Shown here: piece after piece, positions 1-9,622 of the stretch
How the letters are laid out: each line of letters opens with the position of its first letter
Numbering within the stretch: the stretch's first letter is position 1
Assembly: GCA_024256285.1 (NCBI GenBank)
Contig: JACGUG010000003.1
Coordinates: 1 to 63,754 of the forward strand
Length of the DNA: 63,754 bases
Reading direction: 5' to 3'
From: an archaeon
GTDB taxonomy: Archaea; Thermoproteota; Nitrososphaeria; Nitrososphaerales; JACAEJ01
Made by a program: the position numbers and the translations under genes
Notes under the pieces: generated by a model
What the model was told of the DNA's origin: nothing
The model's database searches: none
What the model saw: only the letters and a program-made list of their open reading frames with translations

Positions 1-402
1 TACAAGAAGTTCAACAATGAGATCGTTTCTATGATAGGGAGGAAGGTCGTTGTGGAAACGTCAGAAGGAAGAATTTACGAAGGTGATCTTGTTGGCGTTG
101 ATGGAAACCTTAACGTTATATTGGATAATGTTTCAGGTGTGGGTGAAAACGTCTACAAGGTCGTATTGAACAGAGACTTTCTCAAGGAGATAAGGCTGGT
201 GGAGAAGCCCTTCGATCTGAAAGCCCTTGCTGAAAGACTGAATAGGGTCTTCCCAGGACTGGTCAAGATCAGGGAGGATATAAGGTCCATCATAGTTATG
301 GATAAGATAAAGGTGACAGAACAAGGGGTCGAAGGAAGTGGCTTAGCAGCCGAGAGGGTCAAATCTGTATACGATGAATTCGTAAGGGAAAGTAAGAAGT
401 AA
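1..402 (+). CDS. Sm-like (Lsm) protein with C-terminal extension, SmAP3 type; probably 5'-truncated by the window edge
   Basis: Sm1 motif (GRKVVVETSEGRIYEGDLVGVDGNLNVILDNV) plus a C-terminal domain. The frame is open from base 1 (YKKFNNEIVS precedes the ATG at 31), so the true start is likely upstream. Adjacent to tgtA as in crenarchaea. Confidence 0.85.
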   Translation, partial: YKKFNNEIVSMIGRKVVVETSEGRIYEGDLVGVDGNLNVILDNVSGVGENVYKVVLNRDFLKEIRLVEKPFDLKALAERLNRVFPGLVKIREDIRSIIVMDKIKVTEQGVEGSGLAAERVKSVYDEFVRESKK

Positions 403-415
403 GTGTCATATACGA

Positions 416-2011
416 ATGTTCGAGATAAGGACGACCGACCTAGCAGGCAGGATAGGAAAGATAAGGACCAAGAGCGGTCTGCTGGAGACGCCTTGCATCT
501 TGCCTGTAATTCACCCCGTAAGGCAGAGCTTAGCACCTAAAGAAATGGCAAGAATCGGTTTCAAAGCAGTGATGACGAACGCTTACATAACTTTGAAAAC
601 GTTTGGGAAAGTAGCAGAAGAAAAGGGGATACACAAGATCATCGATTACGACGGAATAATCATGACTGACTCAGGGGGTTATCAGATGCTGAAGTATGGA
701 GATGTAGAGGTCACACCTTTGGAGATGGCTAGCTTTCAAGAAAAGATCGGTTCTGACATGGCTATTGTGCTGGATACACCTACTGGGACTGATGTAGATA
801 GAAGGCGAGCTAGTGAAACTGTTGAGATTACATTAAGGGCTGCAGAAGAGACATTAAAAGCAGTCAAGGCTGAAGGGACGCTCTGGACCGGTCCTATTCA
901 AGGTGGTAGCCATCTGGACCTTTTGAAGATGTCTGCAGAGAGAACTGGGAAGATGGCATTCGATATCTTCGCTCTTGGAAGCCCGACAGAAGTCATGGAA
1001 TCTTACAACTTCAATTTATTGGTTCAGATGATAATTACAGTCAAGCAGGTTCTTCCAATAGATAAGCCCCTACATCTATTTGGCGCTGGACACCCATTGA
1101 CGATCCCTCTTGTTATAGCACTCGGTTGTGATCTTTTCGATTCGGCATCCTATATGTTATACGCTAGAGAAGGTCGCTACATGACAGAATACGGCACTGC
1201 AAGGTTGGATGAACTTACATATCTACCATGTAACTGTTCGATCTGTTCAACACACACATTAAAAGAAATCAAGGAGGCGGGGGTTGAAGAGAGAACTCAG
1301 AAGATAGCCATCCACAATTTGAACGTTCTCTTAAAGGAAGTGAGGGCAACAAAACAAGCTATAGAGGATGGGAGAATCTGGGAGTATCTGGGCACGAAGG
1401 CAAGAGCTCACCCAAAACTCTGGGAAGCTTTTAAGTCGTTGAGTAATCATTACGAATTTCTAGAGGACGGGACTCCATTGTTTAAACCAAGGGCAATCTT
1501 CTTTTATGAGCCTCACGATTTGATGAGACCTGAAGTCTTAAGATACCATAAAAGACTCATAGAAGATGTATCTGTAAAGAAAAAGACGCTCTTGCTCCTT
1601 CCAGAATCTGATGTCAAGCCTTTCTATAAATCACCATCTTATATTAAATTGATCGAAGCTCTTGGCGATGGATTGGAGAAAGTTCAAGTATGCTTTTTAT
1701 CGCCTCCCTTTGGAGTAGTGCCCGTGGAACTCTCCGATGTCTACCCCCTATCACAATACTTGAGCTCCATCGAACCAGATTACGATGTTATGAAAGAAGT
1801 GCTAAAACGTTCAAAAGAATTTATAAGAAAAAACTCCTTTAGGAAGATCCTCCTTCTAAATCACTTGGATGCTTACAGCCCTCTATTCAAAATGATGGCC
1901 AGCTCGCTAGAGAACTGCTACATAATCGATGCCCTTGGCGATACCAACCGTAGCTTGGATAGAGCCTTCAATAAAATCTCCCATATCATAGACATAGAAG
2001 CTCGGTGTTAG
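416..2011 (+). CDS. tgtA: Archaeosine tRNA-guanine(15) transglycosylase
   Basis: TDSGGYQ, GPIQGG, HLFGAGHP and DLFDSASY motifs, CxCxxC...H zinc site; no recognisable PUA domain. Confidence 0.95.
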   Translation: MFEIRTTDLAGRIGKIRTKSGLLETPCILPVIHPVRQSLAPKEMARIGFKAVMTNAYITLKTFGKVAEEKGIHKIIDYDGIIMTDSGGYQMLKYGDVEVTPLEMASFQEKIGSDMAIVLDTPTGTDVDRRRASETVEITLRAAEETLKAVKAEGTLWTGPIQGGSHLDLLKMSAERTGKMAFDIFALGSPTEVMESYNFNLLVQMIITVKQVLPIDKPLHLFGAGHPLTIPLVIALGCDLFDSASYMLYAREGRYMTEYGTARLDELTYLPCNCSICSTHTLKEIKEAGVEERTQKIAIHNLNVLLKEVRATKQAIEDGRIWEYLGTKARAHPKLWEAFKSLSNHYEFLEDGTPLFKPRAIFFYEPHDLMRPEVLRYHKRLIEDVSVKKKTLLLLPESDVKPFYKSPSYIKLIEALGDGLEKVQVCFLSPPFGVVPVELSDVYPLSQYLSSIEPDYDVMKEVLKRSKEFIRKNSFRKILLLNHLDAYSPLFKMMASSLENCYIIDALGDTNRSLDRAFNKISHIIDIEARC

Positions 2012-2706
2012 GTGTAGATCGATTCGCCACCCCTCTTATTTACTGCCTCCTGCCTAGCAACCTCTAATTCAAGGGCTTCTGCCCCCTTGATCAAAGGTGT
2101 TGTATCAACTTCAAATTTGTAATATCTTGAAAGCACAGATATTGCTTCAGCAGTAGCCCTAGGATCGACCCTTTTTGTAGAAGCATATGCCAAGGTCGCA
2201 AAGGCAGGGAAACCTGTAACTTCAAAGTAGTTCAGCATGATAGCAAGGGGGCCGACTATTAGATGGTCATCCTCCAAGATGATTCCCTTGGCCAACTCGT
2301 CCCTAGGTATGAAGGAATGTGTATGAACGATTCTGAATGTAGTCTCATCTGTTCTTAGGGAGGAGTCCAAGCCGCCAATGAGGGCCACCTCCTTAAAGCC
2401 TGCTTCAGTGACCCATTTTGCGAAGCTTCTGAAGAACCCTGTCTCTTTATTTCTGTAGGGTGGAACTTCGACCTTAAAGAAGGCAAGATCTCCTTCCCTG
2501 AATATCTCGTAAGGAGTGACCAGTCTGCCTGAAGCAGTTGTAGTTGCTGGGGGGATTATTTCAGAATCTACAAATGCAACTCTCTTAGCGTTCAGCTTCT
2601 GGATCAAGTATTTTACAGTCCAGTACCCTGTACCCCCTATCCCATGGAAACCTGTTATCAAAGAGCAACCATCAAAACGTATGTCACGTGGGATTACTGT
2701 TATCAT
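2008..2706 (-). CDS. PAC2-family proteasome assembly chaperone
   Basis: ITGFHGIGGTG N-terminus, IGGL, GPLAIML, DPRATA; 232 aa. Confidence 0.88.
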   Translation of the reverse strand: MITVIPRDIRFDGCSLITGFHGIGGTGYWTVKYLIQKLNAKRVAFVDSEIIPPATTTASGRLVTPYEIFREGDLAFFKVEVPPYRNKETGFFRSFAKWVTEAGFKEVALIGGLDSSLRTDETTFRIVHTHSFIPRDELAKGIILEDDHLIVGPLAIMLNYFEVTGFPAFATLAYASTKRVDPRATAEAISVLSRYYKFEVDTTPLIKGAEALELEVARQEAVNKRGGESIYT

Positions 2707-2748
2707 GGTATAAATTTAAGTAGCACTTATTCAAAAATTTGTCTCTCC

Positions 2749-4008
2749 ATGAAAATAACGATCTTAGGCGGTGCAAGAGAAGTAGGAAGATCCGCTTTTT
2801 TAGTCGAGAATAGCGAAGGAAGAGCCCTGTTGGATTTTGGGGTGCAACTCACGAAACCACCAGCATTCCCAATGCATATCCAACCAAGGGAGGTAGATTC
2901 TATCCTTCTTTCACATGCTCATCTCGATCATAGTGGTGGAATCCCTCTCTTCTTCATATCTGGGGGTACGAAGCTATATACTATAGGGCTGACTTTAGAG
3001 TTAGCTCAACTCCTTATAGAGGACTTTTTGAGGATTTCTGGTTTCTACCTTCCTTTTGAGTACATAGACCTACTATCTATGGTTAATGGGACTCGTAGAG
3101 TAGATCTAAATGAACCAGTCGAAATAAAAGGATTCACGGCTACTTTCTTGAATTCTGGGCATCTCCCTGGTGGAGCATCCATCCTATTGACGAGTAAAAG
3201 TAAAAGGCTCCTCTATACGGGAGATATCAGTGCACATGGTTCGGCACTGCTTAGAGGTGCGGATACGAACTTTGGGGAATTGGATGCAGTAATAACTGAG
3301 AGTACCTATGCAACGACCGACCATCTACCACGTGAGGATGTAGAGAGGGAGTTTATAGAGTTTGCAAAAGAGGTCGTAGAACGGGGGGGTACTCTTTTTG
3401 TCCCAGCCTTCTCTGTGGGTAGGTCTCAGGAGATAGCATGTGTGTTCAAAAAGTATAACTTCCCATATTCAGTGGCTATGGACGGCATGGCTTTAAAGAC
3501 CAATGAGATCCTGTTCAGATACCCAGAATATCTGAGGGATCCAAAACTGTTCCGTGAAAGCATTGGAAACATCGAGCTGATAAGGGGCTGGAGGCAGAGG
3601 AGACGTATCGTTAAGACGCCGTCGGTCATAATATCTCCTGCAGGCATGCTGGTGGGAGGCGCCGCTGTCTTTTATAATGCCGAAGTTTCAAAAAGATCGA
3701 AAAATGCTATAGCCCTCGTCTCGTATCAGATGCCTGAGACGCCAGGAAGGATTTTGCTGGAAAAGAAGATAACGATCATAAATGGCAAGCCTAAAAAGGT
3801 CAAGGCTGAAGTGCGCCATTTCGACTTCTCATCTCACAGCGGTAGAAAGGAGCTCTTTGATATGTTCAGAAGGATTGAGGGAAACCCAAAGGTTTACACG
3901 GTGCATGGCGAGGAGAAGAACTGCATTCAGTTTGCTGAGGAGTTGAAAACCGAGTTGGGGTTAGATGCTGTAGTACCTAAAACTGGCGACGCCTACTCAT
4001 TAAAATAA
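2749..4008 (+). CDS. MBL-fold beta-CASP ribonuclease (aCPSF2-like)
   Basis: LGGAREVGRS, HAHLDH, GHLPG, ESTY, FSSHS and VHGE motifs. Start moved to the ATG at 2749 because the longer track ORF overlaps the PAC2 gene. Confidence 0.92.
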   Translation: MKITILGGAREVGRSAFLVENSEGRALLDFGVQLTKPPAFPMHIQPREVDSILLSHAHLDHSGGIPLFFISGGTKLYTIGLTLELAQLLIEDFLRISGFYLPFEYIDLLSMVNGTRRVDLNEPVEIKGFTATFLNSGHLPGGASILLTSKSKRLLYTGDISAHGSALLRGADTNFGELDAVITESTYATTDHLPREDVEREFIEFAKEVVERGGTLFVPAFSVGRSQEIACVFKKYNFPYSVAMDGMALKTNEILFRYPEYLRDPKLFRESIGNIELIRGWRQRRRIVKTPSVIISPAGMLVGGAAVFYNAEVSKRSKNAIALVSYQMPETPGRILLEKKITIINGKPKKVKAEVRHFDFSSHSGRKELFDMFRRIEGNPKVYTVHGEEKNCIQFAEELKTELGLDAVVPKTGDAYSLK

Positions 4009-4104
4009 GATTTCTATGAATTAATCAGTTGAAGATAGACTGAGTAAATCTCCTTCAGCCGAAAGAGCTAAAATGTTGTATAAAAAACTAGATGAAAGGG
4101 TAAT

Positions 4105-4641
4105 TTGAAGCCAAAGAGTATAGTACTGGTCAAACCTATAGGAGACTTTGACTACATGTGTTTTTCGAAGCAGTTGGAAGAAGCTGTAAGACTTTACGGA
4201 TGTAATCTCGAGTTATCTTCGAAGAGATTGCCCCTTCATAATGAGGACTACATTGCTTCAAGAAAACAGTACGATGCTACCAAAATGATTACGAGGCTTT
4301 TAGAGTTTAGGCAAGATGGTAGGAAGGTCATGGGCATAGCCTCTGTCGATATATTCGTGCCAGGGTTGAACTTCATATTCGGTCTGGCCGATATCGTCGA
4401 AGGCGTTGCTCTCATTTCAACAGCAAGATTGACAACCTTTGAAGCGGAGTTAAAAACAAAGTCAAGTCTGATCGATGAGAGGGTATTCAAGGAGGTTGCC
4501 CATGAATTAGGACACCTCTTCGGCTTGGCTCACTGCCATAAACCTAGTTGTATTATGAGCTTTGCCAATAGTTTATCCGATGTAGACAGAAAATTGCCAA
4601 TTCTATGCTCAGATTGTATGAATAGAATAAGGTTAAAATGA
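4105..4641 (+). CDS. amzA: Archaemetzincin zinc metalloprotease
   Basis: HELGHLFGLAHC zinc motif followed by CIMS Met-turn and CxxC. Confidence 0.9.
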   Translation: MKPKSIVLVKPIGDFDYMCFSKQLEEAVRLYGCNLELSSKRLPLHNEDYIASRKQYDATKMITRLLEFRQDGRKVMGIASVDIFVPGLNFIFGLADIVEGVALISTARLTTFEAELKTKSSLIDERVFKEVAHELGHLFGLAHCHKPSCIMSFANSLSDVDRKLPILCSDCMNRIRLK

Positions 4642-4737
4642 AAGAAAGAGTGCAACGAAAGATTTTTGTCAGTACTTGCCTTCATCTTATTGAAGGAGGG
4701 GCCATCTAAAATTAATAATCCAAGTGAAGTGTAAGCC

Positions 4738-4935
4738 TTATCCTATCTCCTTTACTTCAACCTTCACGTCCTTTAGAAGTGTATCTGCCTCCTTCTTCGA
4801 GGTAACAAGAACATAGATCATCTTAGGCGTTCTAAGCTTTAATTTGACCTTATCCCCCCTCCTTACAATACGGCATTCTGTTGCCTTTTCTAAAATCTTT
4901 TTGAACTCTTCAGCACTGAAAATCTGCTTTGGCAT
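4738..4935 (-). CDS. rpl38e: 50S ribosomal protein eL38 (L38e)
   Basis: MPKQI..., KVKLKLRTPKMIYVLV matches the eL38 pattern. Start placed at the ATG at 4935. Confidence 0.8.
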   Translation of the reverse strand: MPKQIFSAEEFKKILEKATECRIVRRGDKVKLKLRTPKMIYVLVTSKKEADTLLKDVKVEVKEIG

Positions 4936-5016
4936 CGCCACCGCAGATACGTTCCAAGAGGATGACTTTAAACATAACCCCATACCATAAATGATAAATA
5001 CAATGATTTTTATAAT

Positions 5017-5032
5017 GAAAAAGGATTTTAAA
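5017..5032 (+). promoter_or_regulatory. Putative BRE/TATA promoter of the proteasome-exosome operon
   Basis: A-rich purine run then TTTTAAA (5026-5032) about 30 nt upstream of the psmA ATG. Confidence 0.5.
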
Positions 5033-5063
5033 CCCTTTGTATAAGACTGTTACAGTAAAGTGA

Positions 5064-5813
5064 ATGGCTATGTTTGCACCTAGTGCGGGATACGACAGAG
5101 CGATTACGATATTTTCGCCAGATGGGAGGCTATATCAGGTTGAATATGCAATAGAGACGGTTAGAAGAGGTACTTTAGCCTTAGGCCTGAGGGTGGAGGA
5201 AGGCGTAGTCTTGGCTGTCGAAGAGCGGACTAGAAAGCTACAGAATCCAAATATAAGCCAGAAGATCTCTCAGGTAGATGAGCACATCGGAATTGCGGCT
5301 GCCGGTTACGTACCAGACGCTCGTGTTCAAGTAGACTATGCACGTATCTTTGCCCAGTCGAGTAAGTTAACGTATGATGAGCCTGTTGAGGTAGAGGCGA
5401 TTGCCAAGCGTATAGGCGATCTAAACCAGCAGTACACTCAATATGCAGGTGTCAGGCCTTTCGGCGTCTCCTTGGTCATAGCTGGCATAGGTAAGAATGG
5501 AGCAGAACTCTTCTCGACAGACCCTAGTGGGACGTATCTGGGTTATGATGGGGTTGCTATAGGGGCAGGATACGAGCAAGTAACTGAATATCTGGAGAAA
5601 AAATACAACCCTGACATGAGTTTAGAAGATGCTTGCGTCTTGGCCGCAGAGTGCATATATCTTGTGAGCGAGGATAGGGTAGGCACCAAGCACATAAGGA
5701 TGGCTCTGATAGATACAAAGACCAAGAAGATGGAATATCCCACCGAAGAAGAGATAGCCAAGTATGCAGAAAAAGCAAGGGAGAATCTGTCTACTGCAGG
5801 TAAGCCCCAGTGA
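5064..5813 (+). CDS. psmA: Proteasome alpha subunit
   Basis: YDRAITIFSPDGRLYQVEYA signature, RPFGVSL, TDPSG. Confidence 0.97.
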   Translation: MAMFAPSAGYDRAITIFSPDGRLYQVEYAIETVRRGTLALGLRVEEGVVLAVEERTRKLQNPNISQKISQVDEHIGIAAAGYVPDARVQVDYARIFAQSSKLTYDEPVEVEAIAKRIGDLNQQYTQYAGVRPFGVSLVIAGIGKNGAELFSTDPSGTYLGYDGVAIGAGYEQVTEYLEKKYNPDMSLEDACVLAAECIYLVSEDRVGTKHIRMALIDTKTKKMEYPTEEEIAKYAEKARENLSTAGKPQ

Positions 5814-6526
5814 AGTTAAAGCAGGTGTTCTTTACTTTGAGTAGTAAGTTCACTACAGTTAGGCTAGTTATTGGTGGCGAACGATTTGAGATACTAGTCC
5901 ACCCAAAAACTGCTTTAGATTACAAGCTAGGTCGTCCAGTCGATCTTTCAAAGATCTTCGCTGTCGATGGGATCTTTTCTGAAGCTTCAAAGGGGCTACG
6001 CGTTTCGGAGGATAAGCTGGAGAAATTCTTCAATACCACATCTGTCACAGAAGTGGCTGAAATTATCCTGAAGAAAGGCGAGCTTCAGCTGATAACTGAG
6101 CAGAGGCGTTCATTGATCGAGGATAAAAAGAAGCAGATAATTTCTATCATCTGCAAGAACTTTATCGATCCCAGAACGGGTTTACCTCATCCTCGAGTTA
6201 GGGTTGAGCAGGCGATGTCTGAGGTACAGATTTCTATAGATCCCTTTAAAGATGCCAAAGAGCAAGCAAAGACCGTTATAGAGAAATTAAGAGTGGTTCT
6301 ACCATTAAAGTCTGAAAAGATAAAGCTTATGGTAAAGATCGAACCTCAGTTTGCTCCTAAAACTCTTGGAGTTTTAAAGAGTTATGGAGAAATTCAAAAA
6401 GAAGACTGGTTGGCGGATGGCTCACTAAATACCATTGTCGAGATTCCGGCTGGAGTTCATGCTTCATTGATCGATAAACTAGGTTCGATCACTAAAGGAA
6501 CTTCACAAGTAAAGATCATAAAGTGA
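5810..6526 (+). CDS. SBDS/Sdo1 ribosome maturation factor
   Basis: RFEILV, GELQLITEQRR, IDPRTGLPHP; position in the exosome superoperon. True start may be about 9 codons downstream. Confidence 0.95.
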   Translation: MKLKQVFFTLSSKFTTVRLVIGGERFEILVHPKTALDYKLGRPVDLSKIFAVDGIFSEASKGLRVSEDKLEKFFNTTSVTEVAEIILKKGELQLITEQRRSLIEDKKKQIISIICKNFIDPRTGLPHPRVRVEQAMSEVQISIDPFKDAKEQAKTVIEKLRVVLPLKSEKIKLMVKIEPQFAPKTLGVLKSYGEIQKEDWLADGSLNTIVEIPAGVHASLIDKLGSITKGTSQVKIIK

Positions 6527-6533
6527 GAGAAGG

Positions 6534-7211
6534 ATGACTATTTCAAGGAAGTACGTGACTCCTGGTGAGTTGATCGTTGAAGGGGATTATAAACCCATCA
6601 ACAATGTAATTAGAGTAGATGATAAATTCTATGCAACAAAGATCGGTCTGGCAGAGATCGGCCGTGGAGGCATCCGTGTAATTCCTTTATCAGGGCCTTA
6701 CATTCCCAGAGTTGATGACCTCGTCATAGGTAAGATAGTCGACTATTCGGCATTCTCATGGGAGGTCGACATCAACTCATGCTTCTTCGCCTATCTCCCT
6801 GCCCAGAGCGTATTCGGTAGAGATTTCTCACCTGATCGAGAATCCCTCTTAAAGAAATTTTCCATCGGAGATCTGATCTATGCAAAAGTTGTTGCTTATG
6901 ATCGAACTAGGGATCCTCTTTTAAGTATCTCAGGACCGAATCTAGGACGCATTCCAAAAGGAGAGATCGTCAAGATAAATTCTGCCAAGATTCCTAGGTT
7001 GATAGGTAAAAAGGGATCCATGATAAAGACCATCGAATCTGCTACCCATTGTAAACTTATTATAGGTCAGAATGGAATAATTTTAATAATAGGACCACAT
7101 GATGGTATCTTGCTGGCAACTCAAGCCATCAGGATGGTTGAGTCCGAAGCCCATTTAGCAAGTCTTACAAAGAAAGTTCAGAATCTTTTGTCTGAATCGA
7201 AGGAGGTTTGA
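6534..7211 (+). CDS. rrp4: Exosome RNA-binding subunit Rrp4
   Basis: [18 protein letters not shown] (S1), [13 protein letters not shown] and GQNG (KH). Confidence 0.95.
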   Translation: MTISRKYVTPGELIVEGDYKPINNVIRVDDKFYATKIGLAEIGRGGIRVIPLSGPYIPRVDDLVIGKIVDYSAFSWEVDINSCFFAYLPAQSVFGRDFSPDRESLLKKFSIGDLIYAKVVAYDRTRDPLLSISGPNLGRIPKGEIVKINSAKIPRLIGKKGSMIKTIESATHCKLIIGQNGIILIIGPHDGILLATQAIRMVESEAHLASLTKKVQNLLSESKEV

Positions 7212-7939
7212 GGATGATAGAACTAATAGATGAAAAAGGTTTGAGGAGGGATGGGAGAAGGGTAGATGAGATAAGACCCTTAAAGATAGAAGTAGGCGTA
7301 CTTAAGAATGCCGACGGTTCTTCATACATAGAGTTTGGGAAGAATAAGATCGTCGTTGCAGTTTACGGTCCAAAAGAGGTCCATCCTAAACACCTCGCTC
7401 TACCCGATAGGTCCATCTTAAGATGTCGTTACCACATGGCTCCATTCTCAACGGATACTCGTAAACATCCTCAACCTTCAAGGCGTGAAATAGAAATATC
7501 TAAAGTGATAAGTGAAGCTTTAGAACCAGCCCTTATACTGGAAGATTATCCAAGGACAGTCATAAACGTCTATCTGGAAGTCCTACAGGCGGATGGTGGC
7601 TCTAGATGCGCTGGGATCACAGCTTCTACAGTTGCGCTGGCCGATGCTGGCATACCTATGCGTGACATGGTCGTTGCTTGTGCAGTTGGAAAGATCTCCG
7701 GACAGGTCGTTTTAGATCTGAATGATACAGAAGATAAAGAGGGAGAGGCCGACATGCCTGTTGCTATCATGCCCAACCTGAATCAAACAACTCTTCTTCA
7801 ACTGGATGGTATCCTGACGCCTGAGGAATTCGAGAAGGGTTTTGAGATGGCTGTTAATGCTTGCAGGCATATCTATGAAGTTCAGCGTAAAGCGTTGATC
7901 GATAAATACTTTGGCAAGAATGAAGTGGGTGAGGAATGA
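7208..7939 (+). CDS. rrp41: Exosome catalytic subunit Rrp41
   Basis: [42 protein letters not shown]. Confidence 0.97.
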   Translation: MRMIELIDEKGLRRDGRRVDEIRPLKIEVGVLKNADGSSYIEFGKNKIVVAVYGPKEVHPKHLALPDRSILRCRYHMAPFSTDTRKHPQPSRREIEISKVISEALEPALILEDYPRTVINVYLEVLQADGGSRCAGITASTVALADAGIPMRDMVVACAVGKISGQVVLDLNDTEDKEGEADMPVAIMPNLNQTTLLQLDGILTPEEFEKGFEMAVNACRHIYEVQRKALIDKYFGKNEVGEE

Positions 7940-8769
7940 TGTCAGCTGTGAAAAAATCAGTAGTAGTTGAGCGATTAAGAAAGGCGCAAATAGTCGAGTT
8001 TTTATCAAAGGAGAAAAGGTTGGATGGTAGAGGCTTACTTGATTTTCGTCCTATTAAGATCGAAACTGGCATTATAGAAAAGGCGAATGGCTCGGCTCGA
8101 GTTCGGATCGGCAATACACAAGTAATAGCGGGCGTAAAGATAGAGATAGGTGAACCATTTCCCGACACACCAGAAATGGGACTTTTAGTTGTAAATGTAG
8201 AAGTTTTACCTCTCTCTTCGGCTTATGCAGAGCCAGGCCCCCCTGATGAAGAGGCTATAGAGTTGGCTAGAGTTGTAGATCGAGGAATCAGAGAGTCCAA
8301 GATGGTCGACCTTTCAAAGCTTGTATTGATCCCTGGGAAGAAGGTACATGCCATCTTCGTCGATGTGGATATTCTGGATACTGATGGTAATTTATTCGAT
8401 GCTGCATCATATGCTACTGTTGCCTCAATTGCTACATCTACTATGCCAAAGTTTTCTGTCGGTCAAAATGGACAGATAAAACAAGAAGATGAGGCGGTAC
8501 CTTTACAAATAAACTGTATCCCAGTTTCTATAACTCTTGCTAAAATAGATGGCGAATTTATAGTAGACCCAACATCTGAAGAGGAGGGGGTCATGGACGC
8601 TAGAATAACCCTTACATTCGATGATGATGGGAACATCCGTGCAGGGCAGAAAGGTCAGCCCGGAACCCTCGACTTCAATCAAGTCAAACTGGCAGTCAAC
8701 ATCGCTAAAGATAGGGCAAAGGAAATTAGAGAAATCATAAAGGAGAGCATTAAAGATGCCAAAGGGTAA
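7936..8769 (+). CDS. rrp42: Exosome subunit Rrp42
   Basis: [44 protein letters not shown]. Confidence 0.97.
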   Translation: MMSAVKKSVVVERLRKAQIVEFLSKEKRLDGRGLLDFRPIKIETGIIEKANGSARVRIGNTQVIAGVKIEIGEPFPDTPEMGLLVVNVEVLPLSSAYAEPGPPDEEAIELARVVDRGIRESKMVDLSKLVLIPGKKVHAIFVDVDILDTDGNLFDAASYATVASIATSTMPKFSVGQNGQIKQEDEAVPLQINCIPVSITLAKIDGEFIVDPTSEEEGVMDARITLTFDDDGNIRAGQKGQPGTLDFNQVKLAVNIAKDRAKEIREIIKESIKDAKG

Positions 8770-8983
8770 AAGACGGGGCCTAAAAGGGCTTGGCGCCAAG
8801 TATGGCTCAACTTTGAGAAAGAGGTATGGGAGGGTATTCGTCACTCTAAAGCTGAAGAGGAAGTGCCCCAGCTGTGGTAGATGGAAGTTAAAGAGAAAAA
8901 GCGCGAGTATCTGGGAGTGCAGGTTGTGTGGCTTCACCATGGCTGGAAGGGCTTATGACGTTACACCGATCAAAACCTCCTAA
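8756..8983 (+). CDS. rpl37ae: 50S ribosomal protein eL43 (L37ae)
   Basis: GAKYGSTLRKR, CPSC...IWECRLCG, AGRAY. Confidence 0.95.
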   Translation: MPKGKRRGLKGLGAKYGSTLRKRYGRVFVTLKLKRKCPSCGRWKLKRKSASIWECRLCGFTMAGRAYDVTPIKTS

Positions 8984-9005
8984 GAGAGAGTACCTAATCA
9001 AAGGA

Positions 9006-9272
9006 TTGGAGGCCAGGATAGAGGCTAGCTTAGAAAAAGATTTGGCGCAGATCGCCTGCCTAGCTTTAAAGCCAGACTTAATATCAACATCACGCCTTAG
9101 GGTCGAGATCACTCATGATGAAGATAGATTGACTCTAAATTTAAAAGGAGGAGATATTTCTCAGTTGAGGGCTGGGATGAATTCTTATCTGAGACTGATA
9201 GGCATGATAGTAAGATTGTATAAAGGAGTAATCAAAAATCATAGATCGATTGATCTGGGAAGTAAGATTTGA
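9006..9272 (+). CDS. pcc1: KEOPS complex subunit Pcc1
   Basis: LKPD...LNLKGGDISQLRAGMNSYLRLI resembles the Pcc1 C-terminal pattern; usual position after rpl37ae. Start placed at the TTG at 9006 (track ORF starts 8928). Confidence 0.75.
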   Translation: MEARIEASLEKDLAQIACLALKPDLISTSRLRVEITHDEDRLTLNLKGGDISQLRAGMNSYLRLIGMIVRLYKGVIKNHRSIDLGSKI

Positions 9273-9622
9273 ATTCGAGTCTTTCTCCTAATAAGAAAGT
9301 AGTAGCGAACGGAAGAGAGTTCCATATTCAAGTGCTGAGGGCAAAGAATGGTTGCTTCTTGATCATTTCTGAGGGAGAAGAGATAAAGTTAGGCTCTATG
9401 GCTTTGTCTGTAAAGGTAGGAGATAGGGCGAATTCTACTTCTATCATCCCGAGCAAGTTTGGCGATATCTATTCAAGAGTATTTGCTGAGTTTACATCTA
9501 TGATCGTCAAGGGGATTGTAGTAGCATCTTTATACATTCTAACCCCCATAGACTCACAGATAGTGAAGAAGTTATTAAATGAAGTCAAGGAAGTCTTAGA
9601 AAGCGAAGGACCTATCAAGTAA
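9269..9622 (+). CDS. Small alpha/beta protein, possibly PAC4-like proteasome assembly chaperone
   Basis: 117 aa with KLGSMALSV and SRVFAE...GIVVASL; coupled to pcc1 by a 4-nt overlap. Family call is recollection only. Confidence 0.5.
   Translation: MNSSLSPNKKVVANGREFHIQVLRAKNGCFLIISEGEEIKLGSMALSVKVGDRANSTSIIPSKFGDIYSRVFAEFTSMIVKGIVVASLYILTPIDSQIVKKLLNEVKEVLESEGPIK

Noticed and set aside
2644-2748. N-terminal extensions given by the track for the beta-CASP gene and likewise for queD, pstA, nadK, cobO and the GPN GTPase
   Set aside because: The extensions overlap neighbouring genes or promoters and precede the family-typical start
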